This document shows, piece after piece, positions 50,794-63,669 of a stretch of DNA of 64,000 nucleotides. How positions within the stretch are numbered: the stretch's first letter is position 1; each line of letters starts with the position of its first letter. This DNA is from Octopus sinensis. Lineage: Eukaryota. The notes beneath the pieces were generated by a model. It saw only the letters and a list, made by a program, of their open reading frames with translations, was not told the DNA's origin and did no database searches. Both the position numbers and the translations under genes were made by a program. The stretch lies in assembly GCF_006345805.1 (NCBI RefSeq), contig NC_043001.1, forward strand, positions 63,054,001 to 63,118,000, in the 5' to 3' direction.

Positions 50794-53220
50794 ATGGAGC
50801 AAATAGTTCTGCAACCAACAAGGGCAGATAATATACTGGATCTCTGCTTCACAAACAATATGTATATTATACATAATGTTAATGTGATGCCGACAATGAT
50901 CTCGGATCACAACATAATAGAGCTGTCTATGTATGGAACAAAAGCCCCCGTAGATACACAGCCTATACGAAGCACCCACCATCTCTCCAACTTAAACTTT
51001 CATAAAGCCAACTGGAAGTTGATTGAGAAAGAGATCCTCAAACAGGATTGGCCTGAATGTCTCTCCACACCGGATATAAACATGAAACACAAACACTTCA
51101 TGTCCATAATACAAGCCATATGTGACAAATATGTCCCAGTGTGCAGGGCCAGCACACACAAGAACAAAAACAGGATCCCTAGAGAAAAGAGGATTCTTAT
51201 GAGACGACAGACAAGGATTGCAAACCGCCTGAGCAAGCACACCAAAAGTGATGAGAAGTCTCGGCTCAAACGAAAGCTAATGGAAACTGAGAAAAGTCTA
51301 CATCAGTCCCATGAAAAGGAGAGAGCAGATAAAGAAGCTTGGGTAATAGAAAATAGAAAATCAAACCCTAAAGCTTTCTTTAAGTTTGCCAAAGAGACAG
51401 CCACAGTGCACCAGAGAATAGGACCTCTCTTCCAAAAAGATGGCTCTCTCACAGGAAATCCCACGAGGATAAGTGAAATACTGAACGAACAGTTTCAAAG
51501 TGTGTTCACTACACCTCTAGGACACAGGCAAGTAAACAACGCAGAAGAATTCTTTGCCACTTTACCTGCGGCCAAAGAGGCAAAAATTGAGTACATCAAC
51601 ATCGAAGATGATGATATCACACTAGCCATAGATGAGATTGACACAAACTCAGCTGCTGGACCTGATGGATTCCCAGCAATCCTTCTCAAATCGTGCAAAC
51701 GAGCCCTTGCAAAACCGCTACAGCTTCTTTTTCAGAGCTTTCTTGCAAGTGGTAAGCTCCCTGTCAAATTGAAAGAGGGGGTAATATGCCCTATCCATAA
51801 GGGAGGTAGCAGAGCAGATGCTAAAAATTATAGGCCTATCTCTCTGACCTCACACATCAGCAAAGTTATGGAACGAATAGTCCGTAAGAAACTAATCATG
51901 TTCCTTGAAGAAAATGACTTGCTGTCTGACACCCAGCATCGATTTCGACCAGGTAGAGGCTGCCTAACACAGCTCCTGCAACATTATGACTGGGTGTTGA
52001 AACAGCGACTAAATGGCTCAAATGTGGATGTAATATATCTCGACTTTGCAAGGGCCTTTGATAAAGTCGACCATGGTATGATCTGTCACAGACTGCATGG
52101 TCTCGGCATAGGAGGAAAACTTGTAGAGTGGCTGCACAACTTCCTAAAAGACAGAAAACAGGCAGTTGTGAGCAATCGAGCCACCTCCAAGGAAACGCAA
52201 ATAACAAGCGGTGTCCCACAGGGCACTGTCTTGGGGCCACTGATGTTCATAGTGGCCCTTTCAGACATGCCTTCAGTTGCTACGATGACCACCCTTGCTA
52301 GCTATGCAGATGACACAAAAGTCTCCCACGCAATACAAAACCCTGAAAATATTGCGCATCTGCAACATGAGCTGGACACAATATACAGGTGGGCTGAGGA
52401 CAACAACATGCAGTTTAATGCAGGTAAGTTCCAGGCCCTGCGCTACTGGCACACAAAGGTAAATGACGTGAAGACTGGATACACTGGCCCAGGAAGAATT
52501 GCAATCCCTGAGTCAAAATCAGTGCGTGACCTGGGCATTGACATGAGCAATGATGCATCTTTCCAAGTTCATATTACTAATCTGGTGATAAAATGCAGAC
52601 GGCTGGCTGGATGGATTCTCCGAACTTTCAGAACAAGAGAGAGGGAGACACTGATGGTCCTATGGAAAACATTCGTCCTCAGCCGCTTGGACTACTGCTC
52701 CCAACTGTGGTCACCACACAATATAAAACAAACAGCAGAACTCGAGGCAATTCAGAGAAGCTACACAAAGAAAATCGTCTCAATGCAAAATATCAGCTAC
52801 TGGGAAAGACTGAAGGTATTAAACCTCTTCTCCCTAGAGCGGAGGCGGGAGAGATATGCAGTGATATACATCTGGAAAATCCTGGAGGGTCTTGTCCCAA
52901 ACTTTGGCATTCAAAGTTACTCCAACCGCAGAACGGGGTGCCACTGCATGGTGCCAAGGATTCCAACATCACCATCAAAATACAGGTCCAGATACTGCAA
53001 CAGCTTGGGTTTCAGAGGACCACAGCTCTTTAACATCCTCCCTAAATGCCTGAGAGACTTACATGGTGTGGATGTAGGTTTCTTTAAAACTAAACTGGAT
53101 CTCTTCTTGTTGGGAGTCCCAGATGAACCTACCTCACGACAGGAGACGCGGATGCGGGCAGCAGCATCGAACTCCCTTGTTGATCAAGTGCCACGTATCA
53201 GAGGTGGATTCACAAATTAG
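50794..53220 (+). CDS. Uninterrupted 808-aa ORF2 of a 5'-truncated CR1-group LINE (element starts near 50697)
   Basis: End of APE domain ([14 protein letters not shown]), full RT ([28 protein letters not shown]) and C-terminus; paralogous to the 40045 ORF2. Confidence 0.93.
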   Translation: MEQIVLQPTRADNILDLCFTNNMYIIHNVNVMPTMISDHNIIELSMYGTKAPVDTQPIRSTHHLSNLNFHKANWKLIEKEILKQDWPECLSTPDINMKHKHFMSIIQAICDKYVPVCRASTHKNKNRIPREKRILMRRQTRIANRLSKHTKSDEKSRLKRKLMETEKSLHQSHEKERADKEAWVIENRKSNPKAFFKFAKETATVHQRIGPLFQKDGSLTGNPTRISEILNEQFQSVFTTPLGHRQVNNAEEFFATLPAAKEAKIEYINIEDDDITLAIDEIDTNSAAGPDGFPAILLKSCKRALAKPLQLLFQSFLASGKLPVKLKEGVICPIHKGGSRADAKNYRPISLTSHISKVMERIVRKKLIMFLEENDLLSDTQHRFRPGRGCLTQLLQHYDWVLKQRLNGSNVDVIYLDFARAFDKVDHGMICHRLHGLGIGGKLVEWLHNFLKDRKQAVVSNRATSKETQITSGVPQGTVLGPLMFIVALSDMPSVATMTTLASYADDTKVSHAIQNPENIAHLQHELDTIYRWAEDNNMQFNAGKFQALRYWHTKVNDVKTGYTGPGRIAIPESKSVRDLGIDMSNDASFQVHITNLVIKCRRLAGWILRTFRTRERETLMVLWKTFVLSRLDYCSQLWSPHNIKQTAELEAIQRSYTKKIVSMQNISYWERLKVLNLFSLERRRERYAVIYIWKILEGLVPNFGIQSYSNRRTGCHCMVPRIPTSPSKYRSRYCNSLGFRGPQLFNILPKCLRDLHGVDVGFFKTKLDLFLLGVPDEPTSRQETRMRAAASNSLVDQVPRIRGGFTN

Positions 53221-53252
53221 TGTAGCTCATTCAGCTAAATATATATATTTAT

Positions 53253-53253
<1 letters not shown>

Positions 53254-53289
<36 letters not shown>

Positions 53290-53732
53290 GATAGATAGAT
53301 AGATATAGATAGATAGATATAGATAGATAGATAGATAGATAGATAGATGAATAGATAGATAGATGGATAGATAGATAGATGATAGATAGATATAGATGAA
53401 TATAGATAGATAGATGATAGATAGATAGATGATAGATAGATAGATAGATAGATAGATGATAGATAGATAGATGATAGATAGATGATAGATAGATGATAGA
53501 TAGATGATAGATAGATAGATAGATGATAGATAGATAGATAGATGATAGATAGATAAATAGATAGATGATAGATAGAAGATAGATAGATAGAAGATAGATA
53601 GATAGAAGATAGATAGATAGAAGATAGATAGATAGAAGATAGATAGATAGAAGATAGATAGATAGATAGATAGATGATAGATAGATAGATGATAGATAGA
53701 TAGATAGATAGATGATAGATAGATAGATAGAT

Positions 53733-53763
<31 letters not shown>

Positions 53764-54179
53764 GATAGATAGATAGATAGATGATAGATAGATGATAGAT
53801 AGATGATAGATAGATAGATGATAGATAGATAAATAGATAGATGATAGATAGAAGATAGATAGATAGAAGATAGATAGATAGAAGATAGATAGATAGAAGA
53901 TAGATAGATAGAAGATAGATAGAAGATAGATAGATAGAAGATAGATAGATAGAAGATAGATAGATAGAAGATAGATAGATAGAAGATAGATAGATAGAAG
54001 ATAGATAGATAGAAGATAGATAGATAGAAGATAGATAATAGATAGAAGATAGATGATAGATAGATAGATGATAGATAGATAGATGATAGATAGATAAATG
54101 ATAGATAGATAAATGATAGATAGATAAATGATAGATAGATAAATGATAGATAGATAATAGATAGATAGATAGATAGATA
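53254..54179. repeat. (GATA)n array with 11-15 bp higher-order variants (GAAGATA, GATGATA)
   Basis: Read directly. Confidence 0.97.
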
Positions 54180-55089
54180 TACATGGAAACATGTTAGCGT
54201 TGGTGACAGCAAAGGCATCCGGTCATAGAAACAGCTTCAGTAAAGACTGCAAACATGGAAAACTGGGCATTAAAGAATGGTGATGACAATCATTATCATT
54301 GAAAGTCTACTTTCCCATCTGGTATGGGTCAGCGTGTGTGTGTGTGTGTGTTTGTCCCCCATCCCCACTATCATCCCCCACTTCAGAACAGATGTCAATA
54401 TATTTACGTTCCAGTAAACTAGCAGTTTGGCAAAAAGAGAATTGAGTACATGCACGCATAACTGAGGACGTGTGTACCCGTGTGTATATGTATACTTTTT
54501 TATATAGTAGTACAAATACAATAAAGATTTAAAAGGATAACACAAGAACAGTGTTTGACAAATCATTTATTAGGTTACTGCTGTAACGAAAATCGAAAAC
54601 AACGTTTCATACGTCAGTCCTTCATCAGAAGAAATAAGCACAGAAGCACTAAAAAAGAAATATAGTGAAGAAAAACAGGCAAACGTTTAGAAACCAGGTG
54701 GGAAGAGAGTAGCTACAAAGGGAGAAAAGCCGAATGTGTAGATGCAAATATGAGAGTATGTCTCGGGAAGCAGCCATAAGAGGTGTTGTTAGTGTCATGT
54801 ATATACGTTTTGAGTTGTGAGATGTGCAAGAGCGATGTAGGTGTGAATATATAGTGGCGAGAGCGTTGTTGGTGTCTGCATGTAACCATTAGGCAGATGC
54901 TGTGAAAACGTGTATATGAGGAGGTGGGGGCGGATGGATATAGGTATTAGATGAAGGGCATAGAATGGCAAGAGCAAGGTGGTGTTATCTTGATGTGTGG
55001 GGTACGTAAGTGTATAATAAAAGTACGTTCGTGGTGTATATACATACATATTCTCATGCATATATATAAATATATAGGCGCACACCCAC

Positions 55090-55120
<31 letters not shown>

Positions 55121-55701
55121 CAGTATACACAATTTATTCACATACACACATTTCTAAGAACTGCTGGAAGTAGGTTTCATAAATGTACAATATCAGACAC
55201 TGGTAGAATTTTGTGTGAAGTTTCGGCCTTATGAGCAGTGTTAGTTTGGTCAGAACTGTTGTGTTTTTTGTTGAGTTACAATTGAGTATCAACTGTTAGT
55301 GTTGTGTAAGGAGTGTGTAGTATTGAGTGGAGTGTGAGGTGTACTATGCGAAGTGTGCATGGAGTAGTCTATAAGTAGTGTTATAAGTGTATGTATGTAG
55401 TATTGTATGTTGCTTGTTATATGGGTGAAGTGGTCTGCATGAATTATTTGTATGTTGCTTGTTATATGGGTGAAGTGGATCATGAATTATTTGTAGAATA
55501 GTCAATAAAAAGTATATACGGAATGTTTTATGTGAAAGTCAGTATCAGGGATGGTGTTGTTATTTGAAATTACCGTTCTTTATTTTGTACGTAATTTATG
55601 TTATCAGCTCACACAAAAAGTATATTAGAAATTTTTTTAACATTTAATCCAAGAGACTTCGAGAAAAGAAGAGGGGGAATTGACCGCGCATACACACACG
55701 C

Positions 55702-55756
<55 letters not shown>

Positions 55757-55855
55757 ACACACATTTTTTGACAAGGACTTTCGGGATATGGAAATCCTTT
55801 TCTAATGAGTATATTTCGGTGTTTGAGTAATGTAGTGGAGATAAGAAATACTCAC

Positions 55856-55910
55856 GTTCTTTTTCGTGATCATATCCAACAACGACGAAGTAGTCAGCCA
55901 GACGAGACAT
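55856..55910 (-). CDS. Sbf: First coding exon of SBF (MTMR5/MTMR13) DENN-domain myotubularin-related pseudophosphatase
   Basis: ATG..MSRLADYFVVVGYDHEKE + 1 nt, then GTGAGT donor at 55855; closely matches the vertebrate SBF2 N-terminus MARLADYFIVVGYDHEK as I recall it; 55 nt, phase 1. Confidence 0.9.
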
Positions 55911-56470
55911 GACATCTAGCTCCAAGACTTTATACTCCGACTAGCTAAAGCCATTACATGGTCGCCATCTTGTTGCTACTACTGATACTATTGCCACTGA
56001 TGCCGGGGGAGGCGATACTACTGCACTATTACTGCTACTACCAGGGTTTCTACTGCACTCTTACTGCCGCTGCTACCATGGGTTCCACTGCATTACTACT
56101 GCTATCAGGGGTTCTACTGCTGCTTATAGAAATGTTGATGCTACAATGAGAGATACTACAACTGCTGCTACTAAGAATATACGGCACTACTGCTGCTATT
56201 GTTGCTGATGATGACAGAAACTGCACTACAGCTGATAGTAACTGGAGATACTACTTATGTTATTAATGATGCTACAGTTGCAGTTACTGCTGCTGCTGTC
56301 AGTATTATTACTGTAAAAGGTTTCGATGGAATCGACTGTTCGGTGACGCTAGAGATACACATACACAGGAACATACCTATATACACATATATACACACGA
56401 ACATATACAGTTGGCTAGTTAGTCGGTGGGCGGGCGTCAGCTGCTGACTTTTCGCCAAGGGAAATAATCA
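55911..56470 (-). promoter_or_regulatory. Putative Sbf 5' UTR and promoter
   Basis: CpG-richer than flanks; YY1-like CAAGATGGCG at 55963-55972 (minus); (AGC/AGT)n-rich leader; GGGCGG box near 56428. Confidence 0.55.
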
Positions 56471-57501
56471 CAATATTACAAAAGAGGAAACGACCTACCA
56501 GCTTGACAGATTTATCATACGTAATATCAGGGTACCTACAAAAACTCTGCAACTCACACACACATATATATATATATATATATAATGTAGGTTTTAGATA
56601 TTTTTTATAAAGCCGAAACAATGCAAGCTGTAAAAAATTAACAATGTGAGTTGATGGTTAGTACTATTACATAGTATTTCAATATATGAGGATTATGATC
56701 TCTACTTAAAGAGATTTATGGAGGATAAGATGTACTATTAACTTTTATAATTTGCATTATAATATAAAACAACATTTAAAACATATATATATATCAGACA
56801 ATGCTTCATAGAAACTATATATGTGTGTGTATTACATTGTTTCAATCATGGGATTGCGGATATAATGAATCCCCGCCTTGAAGGGATTAATGAAACAAGT
56901 ACGTATCTGATATTTTTTCTGTAGGTAATTGTTACTGAAACTCTTAAGTACCGAGGATGTAACCAAACTAACTCTGGTTGTCAAGCGGTGTGGGGGAATA
57001 CACAAAGAAATACGCGAACGCACCCACATGCATGCGTGCATCCATCCATCCATCCTTCCATCCATACATACATCCATGCATACATACATACATAGGAACC
57101 AGGTTTCTGTGTAAATTCATTCACAAGATACTTTAATTATGGCGTTCGAACCTCAAGGATATGCCCTGGCACTTGCCACCATCTACATCTCTCTTCCTTT
57201 ACTCAACCATCCTATTTTAATTCTGATCCCGGCTCTTGTGAGTATGCCTGGCATTTTGCCACTATCTCTATCCTACTGTCTCCCACTCTCTCTCCTCCTG
57301 CACTTTCCTCAGGTTGGGTAACCATGCATTCCTTTGCAGTAGCGCACCAGGGATACAGGCATCCAGCAACAGGACCTCCGTAATGCTATGATGGACCGTG
57401 AAGTCTGGCGCAACATGGTAAATTCCATTGTCTCGACCACGGTCGAACAATGATGATGATGATGAGCGCACCAGTTTCTATCTTCATTCTCTCTCCCTCC
57501 C

Positions 57502-57532
<31 letters not shown>

Positions 57533-57639
57533 CGCCAGGTAACCTTGTATTTCCTCTACAGCAAAACACCTGTTTCTCTCTCTCTCTGTCATACCTTTCA
57601 TCATCTGACACAAAATCAGGTTTTCTTTTTGTCTTGCAA

Positions 57640-57928
57640 GTACTTGGTGACCCTGTCAGTGCAGGTGCCACTTAAAAGCAGCCAGCCTCCACTGAAAAGT
57701 GGTTGGTGTTTGGAAGGGTAACCAGCTGTAAAAACCTTGTCAAAACTGACCTCACCTGTGCTTGTGCCACAGAAAAAGCATTAAGTCCACTCTGCTGAGT
57801 AGTTGGTGATTGGAAGGGCATCCAGCTGTAAAAATGCTGTCAAAACAGTCACAGAAATCTGGTGCCTGGCCAGCTCTTGTGAAACCGTCCTACCCATGGA
57901 AGGTGGAAGGTAAACAATGATGATGATG
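57640..57928 (+). mobile_element. RTE 3' UTR-derived fragment
   Basis: GGAAGGGCATCCAGCTGTAAAA..CCCATG..(GAT)n. Confidence 0.7.
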
Positions 57929-57939
57929 AAGGTATTGGT

Positions 57940-58241
57940 TGGCCCAGGGCTATTTTATAAGACACACAAGGTGGAATTGAATCCAAAATCATGTGGTTGC
58001 AAAGAAGCTTCTTAACAACATAACCATGATTGTGCCTTTATCTTATTTTTTTATCTATTACTGTTTCGGTCATGAGACTGTGGCCATGCTGGGGCACCAC
58101 CTTAAAGAATTTTTAACTGAACAACACCCACGCCAGTACTTATTTTTTTAAGCCTGACAGTTATTCTATTGATCTGCCAAACTGCCAAGTGATGGAGACC
58201 TAAACAAACCAGCACCAATTGTCAAACAGTGATAGGGACAA

Positions 58242-58276
<35 letters not shown>

Positions 58277-58845
58277 CATACATATGTGTGTGTGTGTGTA
58301 TGGTGCAAAGGTGCAAAGCAGTGTTTAGGTATGAGCAGAATTAGATTAGTTGAAATATGTTTGTCACATATTTCAACTGCTAACGGCAAATGCACTGTAG
58401 TTACTGTGGAGAAAAAAAATATCTCTTTTGGTACAAAGGTGTGAAAACACCCATTCATTCAATGTCGCCATCTCTCAGGAATCTCATACATCAATGTTTA
58501 ACTAGAAACATCAACGCCTGAGATTCCCAAGAGATAGTGACATTGAATGAACTGGGTGTTTTCACATCTTTTTACCAAAAGAGATTTTTTTTCTCCACAG
58601 TAACTGCAATGTATTTGCCTTTAACAGTTGAAATATGTGACAAACATATTTCAACTAACCTAAATTCTGCATATATATATGACAGGCTTCATTGAGATTC
58701 TGTCTACCAAATCTGTTCACAAAGCCTTAGTCAGCCCACAGCAATAGTAGAAGACCCATACCCAAGGTGCCACACAGTGGGACTGAACCCAGAACCATGT
58801 AGTTAAGAAGCAAAAATTTTACCACACAGCCACACTTGCACCTGT
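57940..58845 (-). mobile_element. Family B SINE pieces (57940-58030; 58060-58300 plus 58680-58845) split by an inverted-repeat insert
   Basis: Tail at 58060-58100 and head at 58770-58840 match the 23188 and 32790 SINEs. Confidence 0.7.
58334..58671. repeat. Long inverted repeat (about 150-bp arms), MITE- or PLE-terminus-like
   Basis: 58334-58486 pairs with 58519-58671; each arm has an internal hairpin AGTTGAAATATGT..ACATATTTCAACT. Confidence 0.85.
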
Positions 58846-58855
58846 ATGTATACCT

Positions 58856-59115
58856 CATCGTCATCATCATCATCATTTAACGTCCGCTTTCCATGCTAGC
58901 ATGGGTTGGACAATTTGACTGAGGACTAGCGAACCAGATGGCTACACCAGGCTCCAATCTTGATCTGGCAGAGTTTCTACAGCTGGATGCCCTTCCTAAC
59001 GCCAACCACTCCGAGAGTGTAGTGGGTGCTTTTACATGCCACCGGCACGAGGGCCAGTCTGGCAGTACTGGCAACAGCCATGCTCAAATGGTGCTTTTTA
59101 CGTGCCACCTGCACA
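58856..59115 (-). mobile_element. RTE LINE 3' UTR fragment
   Basis: Highly similar to 46591-46800 and 28170-28420. Confidence 0.9.
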
Positions 59116-59267
59116 GTATATGTATATATATATATATATATATGTGTATACATATATATGTATATATATATGTATATATATATGTGTATACATATATATG
59201 TATATATATATGTATATATACATGTATATACATATGTGTATATATATATATATGTGTATATATTATA

Positions 59268-59322
<55 letters not shown>

Positions 59323-59511
59323 GTATATATATATACACACATATGTATATATATACACACATATGTATATATATATACACACATGTGTATATATATATAC
59401 ACACATGTATATATATATATACACACATATGTATATATATATACACACATGTATATATATATACACATATGTATATATATATACACATATGTATATACAT
59501 ATATATATATA
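59116..59511. repeat. (TA)/(CA) compound microsatellite
   Basis: Read directly. Confidence 0.95.
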
Positions 59512-60410
59512 TACTAGCAGTATTGCCCGGCTTTGTGTGACTATTAATTGCACTGAGGAAAATCGATTAATCTGCAAGTGCAAAATCAATACTTTCTTAC
59601 ACAATGTAGGTACGTGCGCTGGTGCGTTCTATGCACGTGCGAATTAAGCTAAACTTGGATGAAGTTCAATCAAAATTCAATTATTTTGGTTTTAAAATCA
59701 AGCATTTAATGCCCTCTATTTTTGCGCTTATGTGTTCCATTTTCTCAATAGGAAGTACGTAGAAGTGTTTCACAAATTTTTGTTGATCAAATAATTGCAT
59801 TATTGAATTATTCTTTTAGATCAGTATTTCTCAGGGATTTCTGGGGAGAGTTTCAAGGAGTCGCTGGCGATGTATCGTGATGATCAAAAATCCGGCCTGC
59901 TAAAATTTGGTTAAAGTGATTCAAACTGCAGACTCAACGCAAAATGGTCACATTTAAAGCGTTAAAAATGTTATGAAAACAATTGGTATGTGTTCTCAAA
60001 GTCCAAACGATTAATACGAAAAAACCCTCCAGGATACATCCCAAAAATTCATTTCTTTGCTGAATCTCTACAATGTTTACAGCGATTCATTTTTATATCT
60101 TGATTTTTTATTTTTCATGCAATTTACGCATGCTTGCATGCGTGGTGAACACAGTTCACGTCAAACAGCTGACTGAGTAAAGTCCACTATTCAATGCATG
60201 GGATAAGGCCTAAACAAACACATTATCGATTTTTGCACTTGCGAGATGAATTTCAGAACAGAAATAGCGCAATTCAATTTACATTCGCCTAAACTTTAAG
60301 TGACCAATTTTTGGTGGTTCTACGATTTGTTGGCTAGGAGGAGATGTGCCGGGAAGTTAAACACACAGATACACACACAGACACACAAGTTGAGCTTTAT
60401 ATATATAGAT
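59512..60410. mobile_element. Non-autonomous Helitron/Helentron-like element
   Basis: Starts ACTAGCAGTATTGCCCGGC, has a distal GCCGGG, an (ACAG/AC)n tract and ends CTTTATATATATAGAT; resembles Lep1/DINE-type architecture. Confidence 0.6.
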
Positions 60411-60665
60411 ATATATAATAATTGAGGGAATATTATTCCTAACTTACAGGGAAAAATTCAATTTAGAAATACTAAATCAAATTTCACAAAATATAATATA
60501 TATATATATATATATAAATTAGAAAAAAAAACCTTTTATCAATTCAAAATGAACAATTAAATTACACCATCTAGAAAATTACATATAATAGAAATATTAA
60601 AATTAAAATAATATACCATTGATTAAGTAAATTGCAAAATAATAATAAAAACGTATATATTTGGT

Positions 60666-60703
<38 letters not shown>

Positions 60704-60704
<1 letters not shown>

Positions 60705-60969
60705 ACAATTGCAGCATGAAAGGTGTTTATAAGCCATTTAAGAAACACACAAAAACCGTTAGATTCACTTCAACATTTAAATTTAATTTGTCAAAATATT
60801 TTCGTTGCTTTGAGACCGTGACCCCTTTCACGGCATTTTGTCAATGAACAGGTCGTGGTCTCAAAGCGACGAAAATATTTTTACAAATTAAATTTAAATG
60901 TTAAAGTGAATCTAATGGTTTTTGTGTGTTATTAAATGGCTTATAAATACCTTCCATGCTGCAATTGTT
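60704..60969. repeat. Long inverted repeat (about 125-bp arms) adjacent to (TA)n
   Basis: AACAATTGCAGCATG..TTTGAGACC pairs with GGTCTCAAAG..CATGCTGCAATTGTT. Confidence 0.9.
60837..60887 (+). ncRNA. Hammerhead-like fold with non-canonical core (arm consensus G3-C8)
   Basis: TTTGTCA-(A/G)TGAACA-G-GTCG..CGAC-GAAA-ATAT-TT-T(T/G)ACAAA; the mirror arm supplies G3 and the perfect stem I strand TGACAAA. Confidence 0.55.
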
Positions 60970-61410
60970 TTCGTTCCAGCACATGATCTTGGATCAGGTC
61001 ACTTGCTATGCAAGTGCATCTCCGTAGTATATATATGTTTGTGTGTGTGTATAATCTTTTACTTGTTTCAATCATTAGATTGCAGCAATCCTAGGGCACA
61101 ACCTAGGTAGATAGATTTTCTAAAACTTAAATAGATAAATGGGCTATGTTTTAATATTAAGAGGGAGTAGGAGTAGAATTGGTGTGAGAACACTATAGCT
61201 ACGTGAAGTGGTATATATGTATACATGCATATGTGCAGTATGTGTAGTTAGATACATATATATGTATGCATATGTTTATATATCATTTTGATCAAAAAGT
61301 ATTGGGTAAAGTGGGTTTATACCAATTTTTAAAGTTCCAGGACAAGTTTGTCATAGAATTGGCTTCTCTAAGTCTTTACAATTTAAAGAGCCACAATTTT
61401 TCCCAATATA

Positions 61411-62637
61411 TTGTGTTGGCAACTAAGTTCCCACTGTTTTTTTAAATTTAAATTTTTTAAAAGGTTTAATAAAAATAACTAATTAATGAATAACGTATTC
61501 ACCCTTGTTGTTTACAACTTCTTCCCAATGTTCAACAAGATTTTCAATATCTCGTTGGTAGAAATCACTTGATTTCGACTCAAAAAATTGATCCAACCAA
61601 GCTCTCAATTCTGCATCAGTATTGAACAAAGCTCCGCACATAGCATTTGAAAGAGATCGAAAGAGGTGGAAATCTGTTGGTGCCAAATCAGGAGAGTATG
61701 TTGGGTGTGGCAGCACTTCCCAGCCATGCATTTGAATGGCTTCTTTGGTCATATTGGCGATATGAGGATGGGCGTTTTCGTGCAGCAGAACTCCATACTG
61801 CTGATTAGGTGTCTTTTCTCGAATAGCCGTGTTGAGTCATTCCATCTGTTGAACATAGACTTCTGCGTTGACTGTTTGGCTCCATTCAAGCAATTCATAA
61901 TGGATAATCCTTTCCCAGTCCCACCATATGCACAACATCGTTTTACGCAGATGAAGATCTTGTTTCACGTGCGGTGTCGCTTAAGGAATTCCTTAAGCTG
62001 CTTCATATTGATGTACAGGCACCATTTTTCCTAGCCAGAAATGATTTGGTAAAGAAATTGTTGCTTGTGTCCATGAGTTGAGCGGTGACAAGCAAGCAAA
62101 CCAGCAGAGATTGTGGCTCATTGATTTTTGTTGTTGTCACTTAAAGCATGCAGAACCCATGCTCCATACTTCTGAACCTTTCTCATTGAGGAAAGATGCT
62201 TCTCTATAGCAGTGTAGGAGCATTCCATTTTCTCTGCCAGTTCCCATGTCGTTTGACAAGAATTTTCATGCAAAAGTTGGTTTAATCACTCATCATTGAA
62301 CTCAATGGGATGGCCAGAACAAGGTGCATCTTTGAGGTCAAAATTTCCATTTTTTAACTTGCTCCACCAATTACAAGTGGTTCTTTCAGCTATGGCACCC
62401 TCTCCATACACAGCACAAATGTCATGAGCAGCTTTTGTAGCCTTAGAACCTTGATTAAAAGCAAAAAGAAGGAGGTGTCAAAAATAATGATCTGAAAATA
62501 AACAAAAATTAACTAAAATTAACTAGAAAAAAAGCAAAAATCAAAATAGATTCCAAAATAGAATTCCCAAAGAAAATAGATTCCAAAATTTAAAAACGCA
62601 ATAAATTCCAAAATTTAAAAAAAACGGTAGGAACTTA
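61411..62637 (-). mobile_element. mariner DD34D element, decayed
   Basis: LLHENAHPH, WEVLPHPTYSPDLAPTDFHLFRSLSN, WVLHAL; TIR remnants TAAGTTCCCACTGTTTTT / AAAAACGGTAGGAACTTA. Confidence 0.9.
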
Positions 62638-62934
62638 TAGGTGAAGCTGCCCAAGCGTAATCTTAGAACTTATTTTAAAACTGCAAGAAATTTTTTAATA
62701 CTAGCCAGTCATCTGTGATTGGACAATTACTAGAGGCATCATCTCATTATTTGGGAAGAGTTCACAATGGGTATCAAAACTTTGTGGAAGCCCTGAATCA
62801 AAGCTTATGTGATTAGAGAAATTCTGAAATATTAATGGATGATGTACTATCAGGAGACTTTTGCCAGAGTTTTACCTTTCATTCCAATGGGCACCAAAGC
62901 AAACAAGTAACAGCTAACTTGAAGTCATCTGACA

Positions 62935-63290
62935 AGAATGGGCTGAAAAGTTCATAGGCTGACTATGAAAGAGTGACTCTTGAGCTGTGAAATCTTGGAT
63001 GCATGGGTTTATTCCCCAAGGACATTCATGCTCACATAGTTGCTACATTAGGGGATGAAACTCCAGCTTTATCAACAGTGCAAAAATGGATAGCTGAATT
63101 TAGGATGAGAATGGAGACTATTGAAGATGATCCAAGGTCTAGACATCCTGCTACCACCTAAGAAAACATTGATTGTGTTCACCACATAGTGGCGAGAGTT
63201 GAGAATATTCTGCACAATGAACTTGGCATGATGAAAGTTTCTACTCAGTAGGTGCCACATCTTCTGACACCTGATAAAAAGTTCACCAGG
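62935..63290 (+). mobile_element. mariner 5' fragment
   Basis: PKDIHAHIVATLGDETPALSTVQKWIAEF..EDDPRSRHP..ILHNELGMMKVS..VPHLLTPD. Confidence 0.8.
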
Positions 63291-63331
63291 CTTCTAAATA
63301 CCTTTAGAAGATAGTAAAATGTGGTCAGTAA

Positions 63332-63405
63332 GCTACTGCAGAGAATCGAACCCTGTACCTCATAAATTCTGGCTTAGTGCTCTGTACCATTAAGCTAAGC
63401 AATCC
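63332..63405 (-). pseudogene. tRNA-like sequence (pseudogene or SINE head)
   Basis: TAGCTTAATGGTACAGAGC A box and GGTTCGATTC B box; acceptor and anticodon stems pair poorly. Confidence 0.45.
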
Positions 63406-63669
63406 CTCTCTTCAAAATTTATTAGAGTGTATTGTAGAAATCATTTGAAATCCAAAAGAAACAGAACTATACTTATAAGTATTTCAACAGACTGAAACCA
63501 CTTGGACTGTCACCTCGCACACTCAAATTGAAGAAAGGATCCCCAATTATTCTTTACAAGAATAGATGCTCCACATTGATGCAATGCTACACTGTTGACA
63601 AAGTCTTGGATAAACATCCCCAAATAGCTTTATATCTTTCATTTTTGCAAATATTTCTTCAGATACGAT

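Noticed and set aside
39200-54218. Many long ORFs of Y/I/M/C/V/H/T or IYLS composition
   Set aside because: Translations of (TA)/(TG) and (GATA) microsatellites; no coding signal.
54596-54634. Minus-strand CTGATGA..GAAACGTT hammerhead-like core
   Set aside because: Stems I and II do not pair convincingly; at most a decayed remnant.
55644-55925. 93-aa ORF taken as the full Sbf N-terminus
   Set aside because: Only 55856-55910 is homologous; the rest is intron read-through and the listed start is a TTG.
57490-57544. Second AG|GT juxtaposition (CTCGCCAG GTAACC)
   Set aside because: The pyrimidine tract is a (CT)n microsatellite within a repeat-like segment and the donor is weak.
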